A stretch of DNA of 64,000 bases from Roseinatronobacter sp. (GTDB lineage: Bacteria > Pseudomonadota > Alphaproteobacteria > Rhodobacterales > Rhodobacteraceae), in assembly GCF_051859905.1 (NCBI RefSeq), contig NZ_JBHYEX010000006.1; one strand, given 5' to 3'. Positions 61,486 through 64,000 of this stretch are shown piece after piece. The notes below the pieces were generated by a model. That model was not told the origin of the DNA and did no database searches. It saw only the letters and a list, made by a program, of their open reading frames with translations. The translations under genes and the position numbers were made by a program. Position 1 is the first letter of the stretch, and the number at the start of each line of letters is the position of its first letter.

Positions 61486-62421
61486 ATGACAACGCATCAG
61501 GAATATCGCTGGATTTCTACGTTTCTGGATGCAACCGCCGCCGAGGCAGGCGCGGCACGCAACACCCAACTGGCCTATGGCCGCGACTTGCGCGATTTTG
61601 CCGAATGGGCAACGTCAAACGCACTCGGTTTTGCGACACTGACGCGCACGGATATAGAAGCCTATCTGGTTTATTGCGATGCACAGGGACTGGCGCGAAC
61701 CACGCGTGCGCGGCGCCTGTCATCCATTCGCGCGATGTACCGCTTCGCCTATGCCGAGGGCTGGCGCGATGACGACCCCGCCAGCCGTATCCGTGGCCCC
61801 GGCAAGTCCAAAAAACTGCCCACGACATTGTCCCATGACGACGTATCCGCCCTGCTGGAGGGTGCGCGCAGAACCGGCCGCACCGAAGCTGACAGACTGC
61901 GCAATACATGCCTGATGGAATTGCTGTATGCCACTGGCCTGCGGGTCACAGAACTGGTCGGACTGCCGGTTGCGGCTGTGCGCGGTGATCCCCGCATGAT
62001 TTTGGTGCGCGGCAAGGGCGGGCGTGAACGCATGGTGCCACTGTCGAAACCCGCACGCGAAGCCCTGACAGACTGGCTGGCCCATTGGGACCGGCATGCC
62101 GCTGATCTGCGGGCGAAGCGGTTGCCGGAACCGCGTTTCCTGTTTCCGTCGGGCGGGCGGGAGGGGCATTTCAGCCGTGTGGGGTTTTTCCTTGTCCTGA
62201 AGGAAATCGCCCTGAACTCCGGGCTGGACCCCGCGCGCGTCAGCCCGCATGTGTTGCGGCATGCCTTTGCAACCCATCTGTTGGCGGGCGGGGCGGATTT
62301 GCGCGCGATCCAGACCCTTCTGGGGCATGCTGACGTGTCCACGACCGAAATATACACCCATGTTCTGGAAGAACGGCTTAAGGCGCTGGTTCTGGACCAT
62401 CATCCGCTTGCGAAGCCATAA
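61486..62421 (+). CDS. xerD: Site-specific tyrosine recombinase XerD
   Basis: 311 aa with an N-terminal SAM-like domain and a catalytic domain with ATGLRVTELVGL, HVLRHAFATHLL and LLGHADVSTTEIYTHV (R-H-R-Y set). Confidence 0.93.
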   Translation: MTTHQEYRWISTFLDATAAEAGAARNTQLAYGRDLRDFAEWATSNALGFATLTRTDIEAYLVYCDAQGLARTTRARRLSSIRAMYRFAYAEGWRDDDPASRIRGPGKSKKLPTTLSHDDVSALLEGARRTGRTEADRLRNTCLMELLYATGLRVTELVGLPVAAVRGDPRMILVRGKGGRERMVPLSKPAREALTDWLAHWDRHAADLRAKRLPEPRFLFPSGGREGHFSRVGFFLVLKEIALNSGLDPARVSPHVLRHAFATHLLAGGADLRAIQTLLGHADVSTTEIYTHVLEERLKALVLDHHPLAKP

Positions 62422-63538
62422 AGTTCAGGACGGATTGCGCGGCGCGCAAGCCCGGCGCAAGCCCGCCCTTCCCCAGCCGTTCCATTGTCAGCGCCATGGC
62501 CTGATGCTGGCGCGCGCGCGCATCTGCATCGCCCAGCAAGTGTTTCAGCGCAGCCGCAATGCGGTTTGGTTCACAATCACGACCCAGAAATTCCGGAATA
62601 CTGCGTGTGTCAGACACAAGATTGACCAATGTGACCGTATCCAGTTTGATCATGCGTGCGGCCAGAAACCGCGTCACCGGTGCCACGTCATAGGCAATAA
62701 TCATGGGTGTGTCGCTGGCGGCCAGTTCCAGCGACACAGTGCCCGACGCCGCCAGCGCCAGATCGGCTGCACCGAATGCCGCGCGCTTGGCCGCGCTATC
62801 TTCCAGCACCTCGGCCTTGACTGGCCATTGCCGCACCTGCGCGCGCATGAAGTCCGCCTGCGCGCGCACTGTCGGCACCACAACGCGTGCGTTTTCTGGC
62901 AGCGCCAGCGCCAATGCCTGACCAAATCGCGGGGCCAGACGCGAAATTTCGCCGCGGCGTGACCCCGGCAGCGCCAACACCAGCGGGCCGTCATGGCCTG
63001 CGCGTATCTGCGCAATCTCTGCCGCCGAGGGGCGCGGCTCTGCCACGACCGGGTGTCCCACGAAATCGCAACTCATGCCGGCCGCGTGCATATAGGGCGG
63101 TTCAAACGGCAATAGCGCCAGAACATGGTCCACCAGCGGGGCCATACGCGCAGCCCGTTTCGGACGCCATGCCCAAACAGAAGGCGCAACATAATGCACG
63201 ACCGGCAATGCGGGCCGCACGCGGCGCGCCTGTTTCAAGACACGCAGGCAAAAATCGGGGCTGTCGATCGTGATGACGATATCCGGTGCCGCACGCGAAA
63301 TCGCGGCGGCTGTTTGTGCAATGCGCGCGCGCAGCAAACGCAGCTTTGGCAGCACCTCTGCCAGCCCCATGACAGACAGGTCGGACATGGGAAACAGCGA
63401 CGCAAGCCCCTGTTCCGCCATCGCATCGCCGCCGACACCGGAAAATTCCGCATCAGGGCACAGCGCGCGCAGTCCGGCCATCAGTGCCCCGCCCAGCCGG
63501 TCGCCTGACGGCTCCCCTGCGATCAAAAAGACCTTCAA
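62378..63538 (-). CDS. lpxB: Lipid-A-disaccharide synthase
   Basis: ORF 62378..63556 (GTG). I prefer TTG 63538, which gives the typical N-terminus (M)KVFLIAGEPSGD and a TTGA overlap with the lpxI stop. The 3' end overlaps xerD by 44 nt. Confidence 0.9.
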   Translation of the reverse strand: MKVFLIAGEPSGDRLGGALMAGLRALCPDAEFSGVGGDAMAEQGLASLFPMSDLSVMGLAEVLPKLRLLRARIAQTAAAISRAAPDIVITIDSPDFCLRVLKQARRVRPALPVVHYVAPSVWAWRPKRAARMAPLVDHVLALLPFEPPYMHAAGMSCDFVGHPVVAEPRPSAAEIAQIRAGHDGPLVLALPGSRRGEISRLAPRFGQALALALPENARVVVPTVRAQADFMRAQVRQWPVKAEVLEDSAAKRAAFGAADLALAASGTVSLELAASDTPMIIAYDVAPVTRFLAARMIKLDTVTLVNLVSDTRSIPEFLGRDCEPNRIAAALKHLLGDADARARQHQAMALTMERLGKGGLAPGLRAAQSVLNFMASQADDGPEPAP

Positions 63539-64000
63539 GGCGCGTCCATGGCCCACAGGAATACCCCAAGCGTATTGGCCTGCGCCAGCATCTGGTCACG
63601 GTCAATCAGCAACACACCACCCGCATCAAAGGCAATACCGCGCAGGCCGGCGCGGTGGACGCCCGCAACTGTTTCCGGCCCCAATGCAGGCAAATCGATC
63701 CGGCGGTCCTGATCCGGTTTTGGCGCCTTGCAGAACACCCCGCCATCGGGCAGTTCAACACCGCGCGCGCGCAAATCCGCCAGATGGGCCAGCATCACAT
63801 CCGTGCCCGGCAATGCCTCGACCGCCAGACACTGACCGCGCGACGCAATGCAGCCCTGCCCCACATCAGCAGCGCCCATCACCTGCAACACACGAAAGCC
63901 GCGCATCGCGTCCTTTTTATCCTGTGACGAGGGCTGCGCGTCGGTCAGGACACCCGCTTGGGCAACCAGATCAGGGCATATATCCTGCGCACCAAGAACG
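63535..64000 (-). CDS. lpxI: UDP-2,3-diacylglucosamine pyrophosphatase LpxI (DUF1009), C-terminal part; the gene continues past the right window edge
   Basis: The reading frame is open from 63535 to the window end (my own extension of ORF 63535..63906). Contains ...LQVMGAADVGQGCIASRGQCLAVEALPGTDVMLAHL...FCKAPKPDQDRRIDLPALG. It sits upstream of lpxB, as is usual in alphaproteobacteria. Confidence 0.8.
   Translation of the reverse strand, partial: VLGAQDICPDLVAQAGVLTDAQPSSQDKKDAMRGFRVLQVMGAADVGQGCIASRGQCLAVEALPGTDVMLAHLADLRARGVELPDGGVFCKAPKPDQDRRIDLPALGPETVAGVHRAGLRGIAFDAGGVLLIDRDQMLAQANTLGVFLWAMDAP

Noticed and set aside
61486-62421. Tyrosine recombinase as a marker of an integrated mobile element
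   Set aside because: The sequence and its conserved neighbourhood fit housekeeping XerD. I saw no flanking direct repeats, tRNA target, phage genes or transposase genes.

Overview
This is a high-GC (roughly 60%) alphaproteobacterial chromosome segment. Gene content and protein signatures look most like Rhodobacterales: a nuo operon with interspersed non-nuo URFs, a long NuoE, and an alpha-type flagellar gene order. I annotate 65 protein-coding genes. I found no rRNA, tRNA, CRISPR, transposase or prophage genes.

Gene order, left to right:
- Partial Na+/H+ antiporter, hbd, a GT4 glycosyltransferase and chrA.
- A flagellar block: SLT-flhA-fliR-flhB-orf109 on the plus strand, an M29 aminopeptidase, fliL-flgH-flgA-flgG-flgF-fliQ-fliE-flgC-flgB on the minus strand, and fliI on the plus strand.
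- metG, a small acidic ORF, a class III aminotransferase and an M24 hydrolase.
- A long minus-strand run: rnj-coaX-birA-nuoNMLKJIH-URF-nuoG-URF-nuoF-URF-nuoEDCBA.
- The leucine/isovalerate catabolic cluster: hydratase, HMG-CoA lyase, GST, mccA, mccB, an ompW + DUF1311 insertion, and ivd.
- thrS, an MFS transporter, asmA, gltX, a small zincin and aroB-aroK.
- A 44-aa peptide coupled to a 540-aa secreted protein, then xerD, lpxB and partial lpxI.

This is essentially core housekeeping DNA. I did not find a convincing novel multi-gene system; there are no defence-island or mobile-element hallmarks.

The unexplained signals most worth a second look:
- A 94-bp compound palindromic repeat inside the mccB-mccA gap, with a related half copy fused to the thrS terminator.
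- A perfect 13-bp hairpin that buries the start codon of the ORF after metG.
- A G/C-run structured leader upstream of the aminotransferase.
- A coiled-coil ORF translationally coupled to flhB, a possible FliJ-like component.
- The function-unknown URFs embedded in the nuo operon.
- The coupled small-peptide/secreted-protein pair upstream of xerD.

All family assignments come from my own reading of the translations. No database search was run.
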